The notes beneath the pieces are model-generated. The model worked only from the letters and a program-made list of their open reading frames with translations. It searched no databases and was not told the DNA's origin. A stretch of DNA of 64,000 nucleotides from Planctomycetota bacterium. Lineage in GTDB: Bacteria > Planctomycetota > B15-G4. The position numbers and the translations under genes are program-made. The DNA is taken from NCBI GenBank assembly GCA_965248575.1, contig CBDFJQ010000002.1, positions 3,424,001 to 3,488,000 of the forward strand, given 5' to 3'. Positions 28,634-38,839 of the stretch are shown in pieces (positions within the stretch are counted from its first letter, which is position 1; every line of letters begins with the position of its first letter).

Positions 28634-29422
28634 ATGCCTGCTGCAGACGACATCGACCTCAGCTTCACGTATGACGACGCCCTGGCTCGTCACTACGACC
28701 AGGACTACGAGATCCTGCGCAACGAAGGGGGCGACGTCCGTTACTACCGCGAGCTGGCGCGCGCCTGCGGCGGCCCAGTGCTCGAAGTGGCCTGCGGCAC
28801 GGGTCGGGTGCTGCTGCCCATCGCCCGGGATGGTCTGGAGATCACGGGCGTGGACCCGTCGGAGCCCATGCTGCGGGCCTTCCAGGACAAGCTGGCCCAG
28901 GAGCCTGCGGCGGTCCGCGAACGGGTCCAAGTGCTCCCCGGTCACTTCGCGTCGATTCCGGCGGACGGCCCCTATGCCCTGGTCTACTCGGCCTTCCGGG
29001 CGTTCCAACACCTCGACACCCGGGAGCAGAAGGTGGCCGCGCTGCGGGAGATGGCGCGGGTGCTGGCCCCCGGGGGCACGCTGGCCTTCGATGTCTTCGA
29101 CTACTGCCCTGCCAGGGCCGCCGAGAGGATCGAGGAGCAGAGCGACTACCGGCTCCAGGACGGCGATCGCCTCATCGAGCGGCGCTCCTCCTCGCAACGC
29201 CACCCGGAACGGCCCCTGATCCAGGTGCTTTTCCGCTGGCTGGTCGACGGGCAAGAGAGCGAGCGCACGGAATTCACCATGTCCATCACCCGACGCGACG
29301 AGATCGAGGGCCTGCTCCAGGAGGCTGGGCTCAGGCTCCACGCGCTGCATGCCGATTTTGAAGGGGGCAGCTGGTCTGCTGAGAATCCCCGAGAGCTGAT
29401 CGTCCTCGCCCGTCACACCTGA
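28634..29422 (+). CDS. class I SAM-dependent methyltransferase
   Basis: VLEVACGTGRV, TGVD.S..ML, L.PGG. Confidence 0.9.
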   Translation: MPAADDIDLSFTYDDALARHYDQDYEILRNEGGDVRYYRELARACGGPVLEVACGTGRVLLPIARDGLEITGVDPSEPMLRAFQDKLAQEPAAVRERVQVLPGHFASIPADGPYALVYSAFRAFQHLDTREQKVAALREMARVLAPGGTLAFDVFDYCPARAAERIEEQSDYRLQDGDRLIERRSSSQRHPERPLIQVLFRWLVDGQESERTEFTMSITRRDEIEGLLQEAGLRLHALHADFEGGSWSAENPRELIVLARHT

Positions 29423-29458
29423 ACCCACCCACACGCTCCGAACGTCGCACCCGAAACC

Positions 29459-30613
29459 GTGAAGATCTGCATCACCAGCCCCATCTTTCCACCGGACCTC
29501 GGCGGCCCGGCCACCTACGTCCCCAGCCTGGCCAGCTTCCTCACCAAGCGCGGGCACGACGTCACGGTTGTGGCCTTCTGCAGCGACCCCGAACCCCAGG
29601 GTTGGCCCTTCAAGGTGGTGAGCATCGCCCGTTGCTGGATGCCCCTGCGCTACCTGCGGGACTTCGTGGCGGTGTGGCGCGAGACACGGGACGCCGATGT
29701 GCTCTACATCAACGAGCACCTGGCGCTGCACGTGGCTCTCGCCGGCCGCCTGCGGGGGCTGCCCATGGTGATCCGCGTGTGCGTCGACGGCACCTGGGAG
29801 ATCAGCCACCGACTGGGTTGGCACGAAGACACCATCACGGACTACCAGCACCGCACCTACGACTGGAAGGTCGCCGGGGCCCGCAGGCTGCAGCGCCTCT
29901 GGTGGGGTTGGATGAAGCGCATCATCGCCCCGAGCCAGTTCTTGAAGAGCATCGTGGAAGGCTACGGAGTGCCGCCCGAACGCACCGAGCTCATCTACAA
30001 CGCCTACCACGGCCCCGAGAACTTTGAGCTCGACAAGTCCACCTGCCGGGAAGCGCTCGGCATTCCCGAAGACCGCGTGCTGCTCCTGAGCATCTGCCGG
30101 CTGATGATCTGGAAGGGTGTCGACGGCCTGATCAAGGCCTTGGCCCGCCTGCCGGAGAACCACCAGCTCTATGTGGCCGGCGACGGAGACGAGCTGGAGC
30201 GTTGGACCCGGCTGGCCGAGGAGTTGAACCTCTCGCACCGCGTGCACTTCCTGGGCAACGTCCCGCACGCCGAGGTCATGAAGTGGATCCGTGCAGCGGA
30301 TGTCTTCCTGCTCAACAGCTCCTACGAAGGCCTCTCCCACACCTTGCTCGAGGTGATGTGGCTGGGCACACCTGCGGCGGTCTCCTCCGTCTGCGGAAAC
30401 CCCGAGCTCATCCAGGACGGGGTCAACGGCCGGGGCTTCGACTTCCAGGACGTGGACGCCATCGTGGACTCCATCACGGGCATCCTCGAGGACCCGGATC
30501 TGGCCGAGCTCTACGTGCAGCGCAGCCGCGAGAAAGTGGCCTCATTCGCGCGTGACCCGCTGTTCACGCGCAAGGAGCAGCTCTTCCTGCAGCTCGCGGG
30601 CAAAAAGGCCTGA
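29459..30613 (+). CDS. GT4 family glycosyltransferase
   Basis: FPPDLGGPATY, RLMIWKG, YEGLSHTLLE. Confidence 0.92.
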   Translation: MKICITSPIFPPDLGGPATYVPSLASFLTKRGHDVTVVAFCSDPEPQGWPFKVVSIARCWMPLRYLRDFVAVWRETRDADVLYINEHLALHVALAGRLRGLPMVIRVCVDGTWEISHRLGWHEDTITDYQHRTYDWKVAGARRLQRLWWGWMKRIIAPSQFLKSIVEGYGVPPERTELIYNAYHGPENFELDKSTCREALGIPEDRVLLLSICRLMIWKGVDGLIKALARLPENHQLYVAGDGDELERWTRLAEELNLSHRVHFLGNVPHAEVMKWIRAADVFLLNSSYEGLSHTLLEVMWLGTPAAVSSVCGNPELIQDGVNGRGFDFQDVDAIVDSITGILEDPDLAELYVQRSREKVASFARDPLFTRKEQLFLQLAGKKA

Positions 30614-30694
30614 ACCAGCTTCGCGGCAGGGGCTTGCAGCTGGCAGCGTCGCGAGCCCACACTGATCGGCCCTTCCAGCCCGAATCACCCGATC

Positions 30695-31120
30695 ATGTCC
30701 GAGACGCCCTCTGCCCCAACCCTGGGTCAGGCCACCACACAGGTGCGCTTGCCCGCGCTGGAATCGTCGCGCATCCGCGAAGGTCTCGAGCGCGCAGTGG
30801 AGGAGTGCGCGCACGAACTCATGGACATGGTGCCGCGCATGCGCCTTCGTCGTTCGGTGTACGGAGGCGAATGGGTCGTGGGTGTCCATGTTGGAGGGCT
30901 CGAAGATGCCGACCTCAGCTTCTCCCGCCTCGAGTTCCGCATCCACATCGACGTGGCTGCCAACGAGCTTCGGCTGACGCGATGCATGACGGTGCGCAAT
31001 CGCGACGCGGATCCCGACGTGTTCGAGGCGACTGCCGAAGCGGTAGGTCGGGAGCGACTCAGGGGCTTCATCGAGTCCGCCTTCCTGGGCTTCGCGCGTC
31101 GCTACTTCGAGTCGCGCTGA
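30695..31120 (+). CDS. hypothetical protein
   Basis: 141-aa ORF with coding-like codon usage between co-directional genes; no recognised motif. Confidence 0.6.
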   Translation: MSETPSAPTLGQATTQVRLPALESSRIREGLERAVEECAHELMDMVPRMRLRRSVYGGEWVVGVHVGGLEDADLSFSRLEFRIHIDVAANELRLTRCMTVRNRDADPDVFEATAEAVGRERLRGFIESAFLGFARRYFESR

Positions 31121-31148
31121 AAGCGACTGCGTACGGCGGGCGCCTCTC

Positions 31149-31856
31149 ATGACTGCGCCCGTCCAAGTCCCCGTCGCTTCTTGCCGCGCCCTCTGCCGGA
31201 CCTACGGTTCCGGCCCCACGGCCGTTTCGGCGCTCCTGGACCTGGACCTGGACCTAGCCGCCGGGCAGGTGACTGCCCTGACCGGGCCCAGCGGCTCCGG
31301 CAAATCCACCTTGCTGCACATCATGGGAGCCATGGACAGCCCGACCTCCGGCAGCATCAGCGTGGCCGGCGCGGACCTCTCCGACCTGGATGACGAAGCC
31401 GCCTCCCGCTTTCGCAACCAGCACCTCGGTTTCGTCTTCCAGTTCTTCCACCTCATCCCGTCCCTGAGTGTGGTGGAGAACATCGCCCTCCCGGGGCGCT
31501 TGGGAGGCACGCCGGCGGCCGAGGCCGAGCAACGCGCGGCCGAGCTCGTGGCTCGGGTCGGCCTTGCAGGGAAGGAGCAACGTCTGCCCGATGCTCTCTC
31601 AGGGGGCCAACAGCAGCGGGTGGCGGTGGCGCGCGCCTTGATCAACAAACCCTCCCTGGTGCTGGCGGACGAACCCACCGGCAACCTGGACCACGCCTCC
31701 GGCGCCGACATCATGCGCCTCTTGCTCGAGCTGGCTGAGGAGCAGCAGATCGCCGCCCTGGTGGCGACCCACGACCCCCAGGTGCGTGAGTTCTCCCAGC
31801 GCGTCCTGGTGCTGGACGACGGACGCCTGCAGAGCGACACCGGCCAGGCGCCATGA
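31149..31856 (+). CDS. ABC transporter ATP-binding protein (LolD/MacB-like)
   Basis: GPSGSGKST, GFVFQ, LSGGQQQRVA, LADEPTGNLD, TH. Confidence 0.95.
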   Translation: MTAPVQVPVASCRALCRTYGSGPTAVSALLDLDLDLAAGQVTALTGPSGSGKSTLLHIMGAMDSPTSGSISVAGADLSDLDDEAASRFRNQHLGFVFQFFHLIPSLSVVENIALPGRLGGTPAAEAEQRAAELVARVGLAGKEQRLPDALSGGQQQRVAVARALINKPSLVLADEPTGNLDHASGADIMRLLLELAEEQQIAALVATHDPQVREFSQRVLVLDDGRLQSDTGQAP

Positions 31857-34390
31857 TCCCCCCCCGGCAGCGACTCCGGCGACTGCTCACCGTACTCGGC
31901 GTCCTCTTGGCCGACGCCCGGGCCCACAGGCTCCAGACCCTCACGACCTGCCTCGGTGTGGCGGTGGGCGTGGCCGTCGTCGTGGCAGTGCGCATCTCCA
32001 GCGACTCCGCCCTCTCTCACTTCCGGGAGACGGTGCAGACCTTCACCGGCGCGGCCACCCACGAGCTGCGCGGCAACAGCCCGCTGCCAGCAGCCCGGCT
32101 GGGGGACTTGCTTCGGCACCCTCAGGTGAAGGCCGCCCAGCCCATCGTCGAATCCAACCTGCTGCTCGAGCTGCCCGGCGGGGGGGCACGCCCTTTGCGG
32201 CTCGTGGGCATCGACCCCTTCCTCTCCGCCCCCTTCCTCCAACTCGACGAGCAGACCCTCGCAGACGCCAGCGAACGCGGGTTGTTCGAACGGCTGCTGA
32301 CCGAGCCTAGCCTCGTGCTCATGTCGGAGTCCTCACTGGCTGAGATGGGTTTGTGGGAGCCCGGCTCGGGTGCAGGCTCCGTGCTCCCCGCCCGCGGGCC
32401 CGAAGGCCCGCTGCGCTTGGTGGTCGAGGCCATTCCTTCAGCAAGCCTGGCTGCGGGCGAACCGCCCATCGCCCTGGCCGACCTGGCCACCGCGCAGGAG
32501 CTGCTCGGCCTGGGTTCGCGGGTCACACGCTTCGACCTCATTCTGGACGGCGAGGAGAGCCAGCTGTCGCTGCTGGCGGGTGAGCGTCTCAGCAAGCCGG
32601 CCGCTCGCGGGGAGCGGGCCGCGAGCATGACGGACGCCTTCCGAACCAACCTTTTGTGCCTCGGGTTCTTGGCGGTGCTCGTGGGTGGCTTCCTGGCCTA
32701 CAACATGGCGCAGTTTGCGGTGGTGCGGCGTCGCCCCCTGCTGGGGCGCCTGCGCTGTCTCGGCGCCGATGCCCGCACACTCATGGCGGCGCTCCTGCTG
32801 GAAGCCACCTGCCTGGGCCTGCTGGGCAGCGCTGTGGGCATCGGACTCGGCTGGCTCATGGCCCACACGATGGTGGCGGATGTCGCCCGAACGGTGAGCA
32901 CGCTCTACGGCTACATCGAAACACCTGTCCCGCAGCTGGACGCTCTCACCCTGGCGCTGGCCGCAGCGGTGGGGACCCTGGCGGCCGTGGCGGCCACCTG
33001 GGCACCGGCGCGCTCCGCCGCACGCACCTCGCCCGCAGTCATCGCGGGTCGCCGGCACACGCCCAACACCCTGGCACCCCTTTGGGTTCCCGCAGCGCTG
33101 TTCCTGGGCGGTGCGCTGCTCCTGCTTCCGTCGGGCAGCGCGGTCCTGCTCCCAGCTGTCACCGTCCTGGCCTGGTTGCTGGCGAGCGCGAACGGCCTCC
33201 CTCACCTGCTGGGGCGCGTGGTTCGATGGCGGGTCCATCGCCCCGTGCTCGCCCTGGCCTTCGGGCGCATCCAGCGTTCCCTGGGTCGCACCGGTTCTGC
33301 GGCCGGTGCCCTGGCAATGCCGCTGGCCATGACCATCGCCATCCTCGTGATGGTCGGCTCGTTCCGAGCAGAGGTCACAGCCTGGTCCAGCTCGATCCTG
33401 TCGGCCGACGTGTACGTGAAGCCCCTCTACCAGGAGCTCTACGCGGACACGGCTCGCCTCTCTCCTGACCTGCTCCAGGCCTTCGCCGACTCGCCCGAGG
33501 TGGAGGCGGTGGACCGGCTGCGACTCACGGAACAGACCCGCGGGGACATCAGCTTCCTGGTGGCGGGCTCGCCCATGGAAGCCACCCGCGCCCGGCGCTC
33601 CATGCGGGTGATCTCCGGGGGCGCCGTGCCCGAACTGATGCAGCTTCTGGACGCCGGAGAAGCACTGATCAGCGAGCCCCTGGCCAACCGGCTCGACCTC
33701 TCCGTGGGCGACACGCTCCAGCTGGACGACCGAGACGGCGGGCTCTCGATGCCCATCGCCGGTGTCTTCCAGGACTTCTCCTGGGACCGGGGCTACGCCC
33801 TGCTCTCGGAGCAACGCTACCTCTCCATCTATGGGGACACGGGGGTGCGCAACGCAGCGCTGCTGCTGAGCCCGGGCACGGATGCTGATGCCTATGCGCG
33901 CTCCCTCTCCAGCCGCTTCGAGGAGGCCGAGTTCCGCACGGTGGAAGTTCTGCGCCAGGACATCCTGCGGGCCTTCAACGACACCTTCGCCATCACCTAC
34001 GTCTTGCAGACCATCTCCACGGCCCTGGCGTTGGTGGGCATCCTGACCGCGGTGCTCTGCTTGCACCTGGAGCGACGCAGCGAGTTGGGCGTGCTGCGCG
34101 CCCTCGGCGCCCGACAGCGCACGGTGGGGCGCCTGCTGATGGTGGAGGCGCTCGTGCTGCTGGGGGTCGCGGCCGCCGCAGCCATCCCCGTGGGCCTGGG
34201 CCTGGCCTGGGTGCTCGTCTCGGTGGTGAACACCCGCTCGTTCGGTTGGAGCTTTCCCATGCTCGTGGAGGTCGGGCCCATCGCTGGGCTGATGGGCATG
34301 GCGCTGCTTGCGGGACTGCTTGCCGGCTGCGTGCCGTGGTGGTTGGTGCGCAAGGCAGCGGTCGCGGATCTGCTAGAGAGTCGACGATGA
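31853..34390 (+). CDS. FtsX/MacB-like ABC permease (AttF/G-like, duplicated)
   Basis: GVAVGVAVVVAV, two FtsX blocks, TFAIT..L, ER..ELG.LRA.G, N..SFGW. Confidence 0.9.
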   Translation: MIPPRQRLRRLLTVLGVLLADARAHRLQTLTTCLGVAVGVAVVVAVRISSDSALSHFRETVQTFTGAATHELRGNSPLPAARLGDLLRHPQVKAAQPIVESNLLLELPGGGARPLRLVGIDPFLSAPFLQLDEQTLADASERGLFERLLTEPSLVLMSESSLAEMGLWEPGSGAGSVLPARGPEGPLRLVVEAIPSASLAAGEPPIALADLATAQELLGLGSRVTRFDLILDGEESQLSLLAGERLSKPAARGERAASMTDAFRTNLLCLGFLAVLVGGFLAYNMAQFAVVRRRPLLGRLRCLGADARTLMAALLLEATCLGLLGSAVGIGLGWLMAHTMVADVARTVSTLYGYIETPVPQLDALTLALAAAVGTLAAVAATWAPARSAARTSPAVIAGRRHTPNTLAPLWVPAALFLGGALLLLPSGSAVLLPAVTVLAWLLASANGLPHLLGRVVRWRVHRPVLALAFGRIQRSLGRTGSAAGALAMPLAMTIAILVMVGSFRAEVTAWSSSILSADVYVKPLYQELYADTARLSPDLLQAFADSPEVEAVDRLRLTEQTRGDISFLVAGSPMEATRARRSMRVISGGAVPELMQLLDAGEALISEPLANRLDLSVGDTLQLDDRDGGLSMPIAGVFQDFSWDRGYALLSEQRYLSIYGDTGVRNAALLLSPGTDADAYARSLSSRFEEAEFRTVEVLRQDILRAFNDTFAITYVLQTISTALALVGILTAVLCLHLERRSELGVLRALGARQRTVGRLLMVEALVLLGVAAAAAIPVGLGLAWVLVSVVNTRSFGWSFPMLVEVGPIAGLMGMALLAGLLAGCVPWWLVRKAAVADLLESRR

Positions 34391-35601
34391 GCTTCCGGCC
34401 GCAGCTCGCTCTCTCACTGTGTCTTCTGTGCCTCTGCCTGGGAGGCGTCTCCCCGGCGGTCCGCGCGCAGGTCCCGGCGCCCCCAAGGGAGAGACCGGCG
34501 TTCCCTGAGCTGCGCAACGCCGAAGGCTTCCTGCAAGCGGGGCCCGGCCGAGAGCTCCGGCTTCCCGGGGATCACGCGGCACATCCCGAAACACGCACTG
34601 AGTGGTGGTACCTGACCGGCCCCCTGGAAGGTCCCGACGGTGAGCTCTTCGCCTTCCAGGCGACGTGGTTCAGGCGGGCCCTGATGTACGAGGTCGAGCA
34701 GGGCCGATCGAAACTTGCAACGCGCGATGTGCTGCTCTTCCACGGAGTCCTTGCTGATGTAGGCCAGGGCACAGTGCACTTCGTCGAGCAGGCCAGCCGC
34801 GCGTACCCGCCCTGGGCCTGGTCGAACCCCGAGCGCCTGGACGTCTCTCTCTTCGAGCAGAGCCTGGTGGATGCCAGCGGACGCGGAGAGTCGGCCAGCC
34901 TCGCCATGCACGCCGACGGGGCCCGGGTGCAGCTGGAACTCGACCTGGACAGCGTCACACCACTCCTGCACGGAAGCGAAGCAGGCTTGTCCGTGAAGGG
35001 GAACGAGCTGGGCCAAGCCAGCTGGTACTACTCGCTCCCGGGCCTGACCGTGGAGGGCACGCTGCAGCTCGAGGGCCAGGATGCCCTGCCCGTGAAGGGC
35101 CACGTCTGGTTCGACCACGAGTTCGGTTCCAGCCAACTCGGTGAGGATCAGCAGGGTTGGGATTGGTTCTCCGTGGTCCTGGACGACGGCTCCGAACTCA
35201 TGCTCTACGACATGCGACTCGCTGACGGCAGCCGCGACAGCACCAGTTCGGGGACGCTGCGACTTCCTGACGACACACGTGTCGTGCTCGCCGAGGAAGA
35301 TTTTCGGATCTCCGTCTCCGAACACTGGACCAGCCCCCGCACCGGCATTCGATACCCCAACGCATGGACCCTCACTGTTCCCAGTGCTGAGCTGAACGTG
35401 CAGGTTCGCCCTGTACTCAACGATCAAGAACTCCGGACACCCGGGACCACCGGCGTGACCTACTGGGAGGGCCTCTGCGAATTCGAGGGAACGCGTGCTG
35501 GACGCCCCCTCCGGGGCAGCGGGTACGTGGAGCTGGTGGGCTACGGCGACACCATCGCCAGTCGCTTCCAGAGTGCACCCAATCGCGGCGTTTCTCGCTG
35601 A
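34387..35601 (+). CDS. AttH/CrtC-like lipocalin-fold secreted protein
   Basis: DH.AHP..RTEWWY.TG, ASWYYS, WFDHEF, GWDWF, YWEG, GYVELVGY; signal peptide. Confidence 0.9.
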   Translation: MSFRPQLALSLCLLCLCLGGVSPAVRAQVPAPPRERPAFPELRNAEGFLQAGPGRELRLPGDHAAHPETRTEWWYLTGPLEGPDGELFAFQATWFRRALMYEVEQGRSKLATRDVLLFHGVLADVGQGTVHFVEQASRAYPPWAWSNPERLDVSLFEQSLVDASGRGESASLAMHADGARVQLELDLDSVTPLLHGSEAGLSVKGNELGQASWYYSLPGLTVEGTLQLEGQDALPVKGHVWFDHEFGSSQLGEDQQGWDWFSVVLDDGSELMLYDMRLADGSRDSTSSGTLRLPDDTRVVLAEEDFRISVSEHWTSPRTGIRYPNAWTLTVPSAELNVQVRPVLNDQELRTPGTTGVTYWEGLCEFEGTRAGRPLRGSGYVELVGYGDTIASRFQSAPNRGVSR

Positions 35602-35747
35602 CTCGACCCCCCGGTCAGAAGGTCCAAGAAAAGCGCAACGTGTTATGTTGATCCGTTCACATTTCCGCCGATAAGGCGGAAGAGTCGGGCACCTCCCCCT
35701 CGTGTGTTGCCGACCCACACCGCACCCTTTGAGTGACAGCACGCGCG

Positions 35748-37295
35748 ATGAGAGTCCTATTCCTATCGCCCTTCCTCGCCCAAGAGCCCTTGGGTGTGAT
35801 GTATCTCTCTGGCGCCCTCAAGGCTGCTGGACACGACACCCGAATGATCTTCGTCCCGGACTCACAGTTCGAGGAGAAGCTCCTGGAGTACGACCCGCAG
35901 GTGGTCTGCTTCTCGTTCACGACCGGGATGCACAACACGGTGCTCGGCTTGAACGCTCGTGTGAAGAAGCTCATGCCGCACGTGGTCTCGGTGGCCGGCG
36001 GCGCCCACGTGACCGTGGTGCCTGAGTTCATCCAGGAAGAAGGCATCGATGCCATCTGCCGCGGCGACGGTGAGTATGCCCTCGTCGAGTTCATCCGCCG
36101 CGTCGACGCCGGCGAAGACCTCACGAACATCCCCAGCATCAACTACAAGGATGCTGACGGCGTCATCCACACCAATGAGCCCGGGCCCCTGGAATCAGAT
36201 CTCGAGGTCTTCGGCTTCTGTGATCGCTCGGTGGTCTACGACGCCGCGGATTTCTACCGCAGCAGCGAGCGCAAGGTCATCAAGACCGACCGCGGCTGCC
36301 CCATGAACTGCTCCTTCTGCTTCCACCACGCCTGGAAGAAGAAGGTCTACAAGGTCACGAACAACGAGTACGTGCGCCGCCGCAGCGTCAGCCACGTCAT
36401 CGAAGAAGCACTGAAGATCAAGGAGCAGTATCCGCTCTCCTTCGTCCACTTCCTGGACGACATCTTCAACATCAACAACAAGTGGCTGGAGGAGTTCGCC
36501 GAGCGCTGGCCCAAGGAGGTCGGCATCCCCTTTGATGCGATTCTCATGGCCAACATGGTCACCGAGAAGCACATCAAGCTGCTCAAGAAGGCTGGCTGCC
36601 TCTACGCCCGCATCGCCTTCGAGGCCGCCAACGACCACATGCGCAATGCGGTCATGAAGAAGAACACCACGCGCCAGCAGCTCATTCGCGCGGCGGGCTT
36701 CATCCGCCAGCACGGCATCCGCCTGGGCAGCCTGAACATGATGGGTGGGCCCGGCACCTCCATCGACGACGACATTGAAACGATCCTGCTCAACATCGAA
36801 TGCAAGGTGGACCACCCCCTCGCGTCGCTGCTGCAGCCGTACCCGATGACCGACATCAACGACATGACGGAGGAGATGGGGCTGGCGACGGACACCTGGG
36901 ACGAGTTCCCCGCGTTGTTCAACCGCACCACCTCCATCGCGCTGCCCAATCGGCACTACTTCGAGAACCTGCACAAGTGGTTCCCGGTCGTGGTGCGCTT
37001 CCCGAAGACCTTGCCCTTCGCGCGCAAGGCCATTCGCTGGAAGCTCATGAGCCGCCCGTTCACCTGGATGTACATGCTCTGGAGTGAGTGGCTGGTGACG
37101 GAACAGAACCAGCTCTACTACGCCGCCCAGGGCAAGAAGGGTTTCAAGACCCTGCCGCCGGTGGACTTCACTCAACGGGTGTTCACCAAGGGCGTCATCC
37201 GCATCTTCTCGTCCATCTTCAAGCGCAGCGTCTCCAAGACCGGTCTGAAGTTGTCGCTCAACGACGAGCGCGTGATGAACCACATGGACGACTAG
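35748..37295 (+). CDS. B12-binding domain radical SAM protein
   Basis: EPLGVMYLSG, GGAHVT, GDGE (B12-binding domain); RGCPMNCSFC; DDIF. Confidence 0.9.
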   Translation: MRVLFLSPFLAQEPLGVMYLSGALKAAGHDTRMIFVPDSQFEEKLLEYDPQVVCFSFTTGMHNTVLGLNARVKKLMPHVVSVAGGAHVTVVPEFIQEEGIDAICRGDGEYALVEFIRRVDAGEDLTNIPSINYKDADGVIHTNEPGPLESDLEVFGFCDRSVVYDAADFYRSSERKVIKTDRGCPMNCSFCFHHAWKKKVYKVTNNEYVRRRSVSHVIEEALKIKEQYPLSFVHFLDDIFNINNKWLEEFAERWPKEVGIPFDAILMANMVTEKHIKLLKKAGCLYARIAFEAANDHMRNAVMKKNTTRQQLIRAAGFIRQHGIRLGSLNMMGGPGTSIDDDIETILLNIECKVDHPLASLLQPYPMTDINDMTEEMGLATDTWDEFPALFNRTTSIALPNRHYFENLHKWFPVVVRFPKTLPFARKAIRWKLMSRPFTWMYMLWSEWLVTEQNQLYYAAQGKKGFKTLPPVDFTQRVFTKGVIRIFSSIFKRSVSKTGLKLSLNDERVMNHMDD

Positions 37296-37374
37296 GGCCC
37301 ACGCCTGAGCAGGTGCTCCCTGCTTTCCCGCGCTGTCCTGCTAGACTCCGTGCCTCCTGCCCTGGGAGTTCCGG

Positions 37375-38403
37375 ATGAATGCTCGTGTGGTCGCAGTCTT
37401 CGCTGCTGCTCTGATAGGCCTTGTGATCCTGGCCACGGTCGGTGGGGGCAAGAATGCCGATGTCGTACTCTATTGCGCGGTGGACCGCGCCCACTCCGAG
37501 CCCATCGTTCGCGCCTTCGAGGCAGCCACGGGCCTCACGGTGGACTTCCAGCCCGACGTCGAGCTGAGCAAGTCCGTGGGGCACCGCCGCCGCCTCCAGG
37601 AGGAAGCAGGCAACACACGCTGCGACGTCTTCTGGAACAACGAAGTGGTGCAGATGGTGTTGTTGGCCGAGGCCGGTCTGCTTCAACCCTACGCCTCACC
37701 CGAGGCGGCCGACATCCCGCAGGGCCTACGGGACCCGGACGACCTGTGGGTGGGCTTCGGTGCCCGCGCCCGAGTGCTCATCGTGAACACGGATGAGTGC
37801 CCCGACCCTGCGCTGCGCCCGAGCAGCACGACGGACTTCCTGGCCGCCACGTGGAAGGGCCGCGCGGGCATGGCGGAGCCACTCACCGGCACGACGGCAG
37901 CGCACGGCAGCATCTGGATCCAGGACTGGGGCCTCGACCGGACCCTGGAGATGTTCCAAGCCATGAGCGACAACGGCGTGGCCTTCGGCCCTGGCAACGC
38001 CCACCTCATGAAGCTCGTGAGGGATGGCAAGCTGGCCTTTGGCTTCACGGACACGGATGACGCCAAGGTGGCCCTCGACGCTGGAGCCCCGGTGGTGCAG
38101 ATCGTCCCCGATCAGGGCCCGGGTGACCCCGGCCTGATCGTCATCCCCAACACCGTCGCCATGGTCGCCGACGCGCCCCACCCCGAGGCAGCCCGCAGGC
38201 TCATCGACTTCCTCTGCTCGCGAGCGGTGGAGGAGATGCTCGCCCATGGTCCCTCGGCCCAGATCCCCGTGCGCAGCGACGTTCCGAGACCGGACGGGGT
38301 GCTCGACCTCTCCCAGTACACCCTGGCCCCCATCGATTGGCGCGCCGTGGGCGAGACCTACGGCGACTCCGTCGATGCCCTGGAAGACTTCTTCACCAAG
38401 TAG
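37375..38403 (+). CDS. ABC transporter substrate-binding protein (Fe(III)/AfuA-like)
   Basis: VVLYCAVD, CDVFWNNE, RARV.IVN, TDTDD, IPNTV; N-terminal anchor; extended -10 TGCTAGACT at 37339. Confidence 0.85.
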   Translation: MNARVVAVFAAALIGLVILATVGGGKNADVVLYCAVDRAHSEPIVRAFEAATGLTVDFQPDVELSKSVGHRRRLQEEAGNTRCDVFWNNEVVQMVLLAEAGLLQPYASPEAADIPQGLRDPDDLWVGFGARARVLIVNTDECPDPALRPSSTTDFLAATWKGRAGMAEPLTGTTAAHGSIWIQDWGLDRTLEMFQAMSDNGVAFGPGNAHLMKLVRDGKLAFGFTDTDDAKVALDAGAPVVQIVPDQGPGDPGLIVIPNTVAMVADAPHPEAARRLIDFLCSRAVEEMLAHGPSAQIPVRSDVPRPDGVLDLSQYTLAPIDWRAVGETYGDSVDALEDFFTK

Positions 38404-38413
38404 AGGCCCTAGC

Positions 38414-38839
38414 GTGGACGCCAGTCACGAGCTCATCACCCTGCGCGAAAAGACGGAGCGCATGCTGGAGCATGCGGTGCGCGAATTCGAATCCGTCGGT
38501 GACCGCTACGAGATCCCCTATCAATCGACGCGGGTGATCGTGCACCCCATCGAGTGGACCAAGGGGCGCACCCTGTTGCGCATCCTTGCCCCGATCCTGG
38601 TGGACGTGGACGTCGAGCCCGAGCTCTACAAGAAACTGAGTGAGCTGAATAACACGACCATCTTCGGCAAGTTCTACGTGCGCGAACAGACCATCTACAT
38701 CGAACACAACCTCTTGGGCGAGTCCGTGGACACCATGGAATTCCGTGCAGCCTTCGCCTCCGTGGCGCACCACGCCGACCACCTGGACGACCGGCTCCTC
38801 GCAGAGTTCGGCGGACGTAAATGGAGCTCCAATGCCTGA
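38414..38839 (+). CDS. YbjN/type III secretion chaperone-like protein
   Basis: YQSTRV.V, APIL..V...PELY..L.ELN....FGKF, VA..AD.LD..L...FGG pattern. Confidence 0.7.
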   Translation: MDASHELITLREKTERMLEHAVREFESVGDRYEIPYQSTRVIVHPIEWTKGRTLLRILAPILVDVDVEPELYKKLSELNNTTIFGKFYVREQTIYIEHNLLGESVDTMEFRAAFASVAHHADHLDDRLLAEFGGRKWSSNA

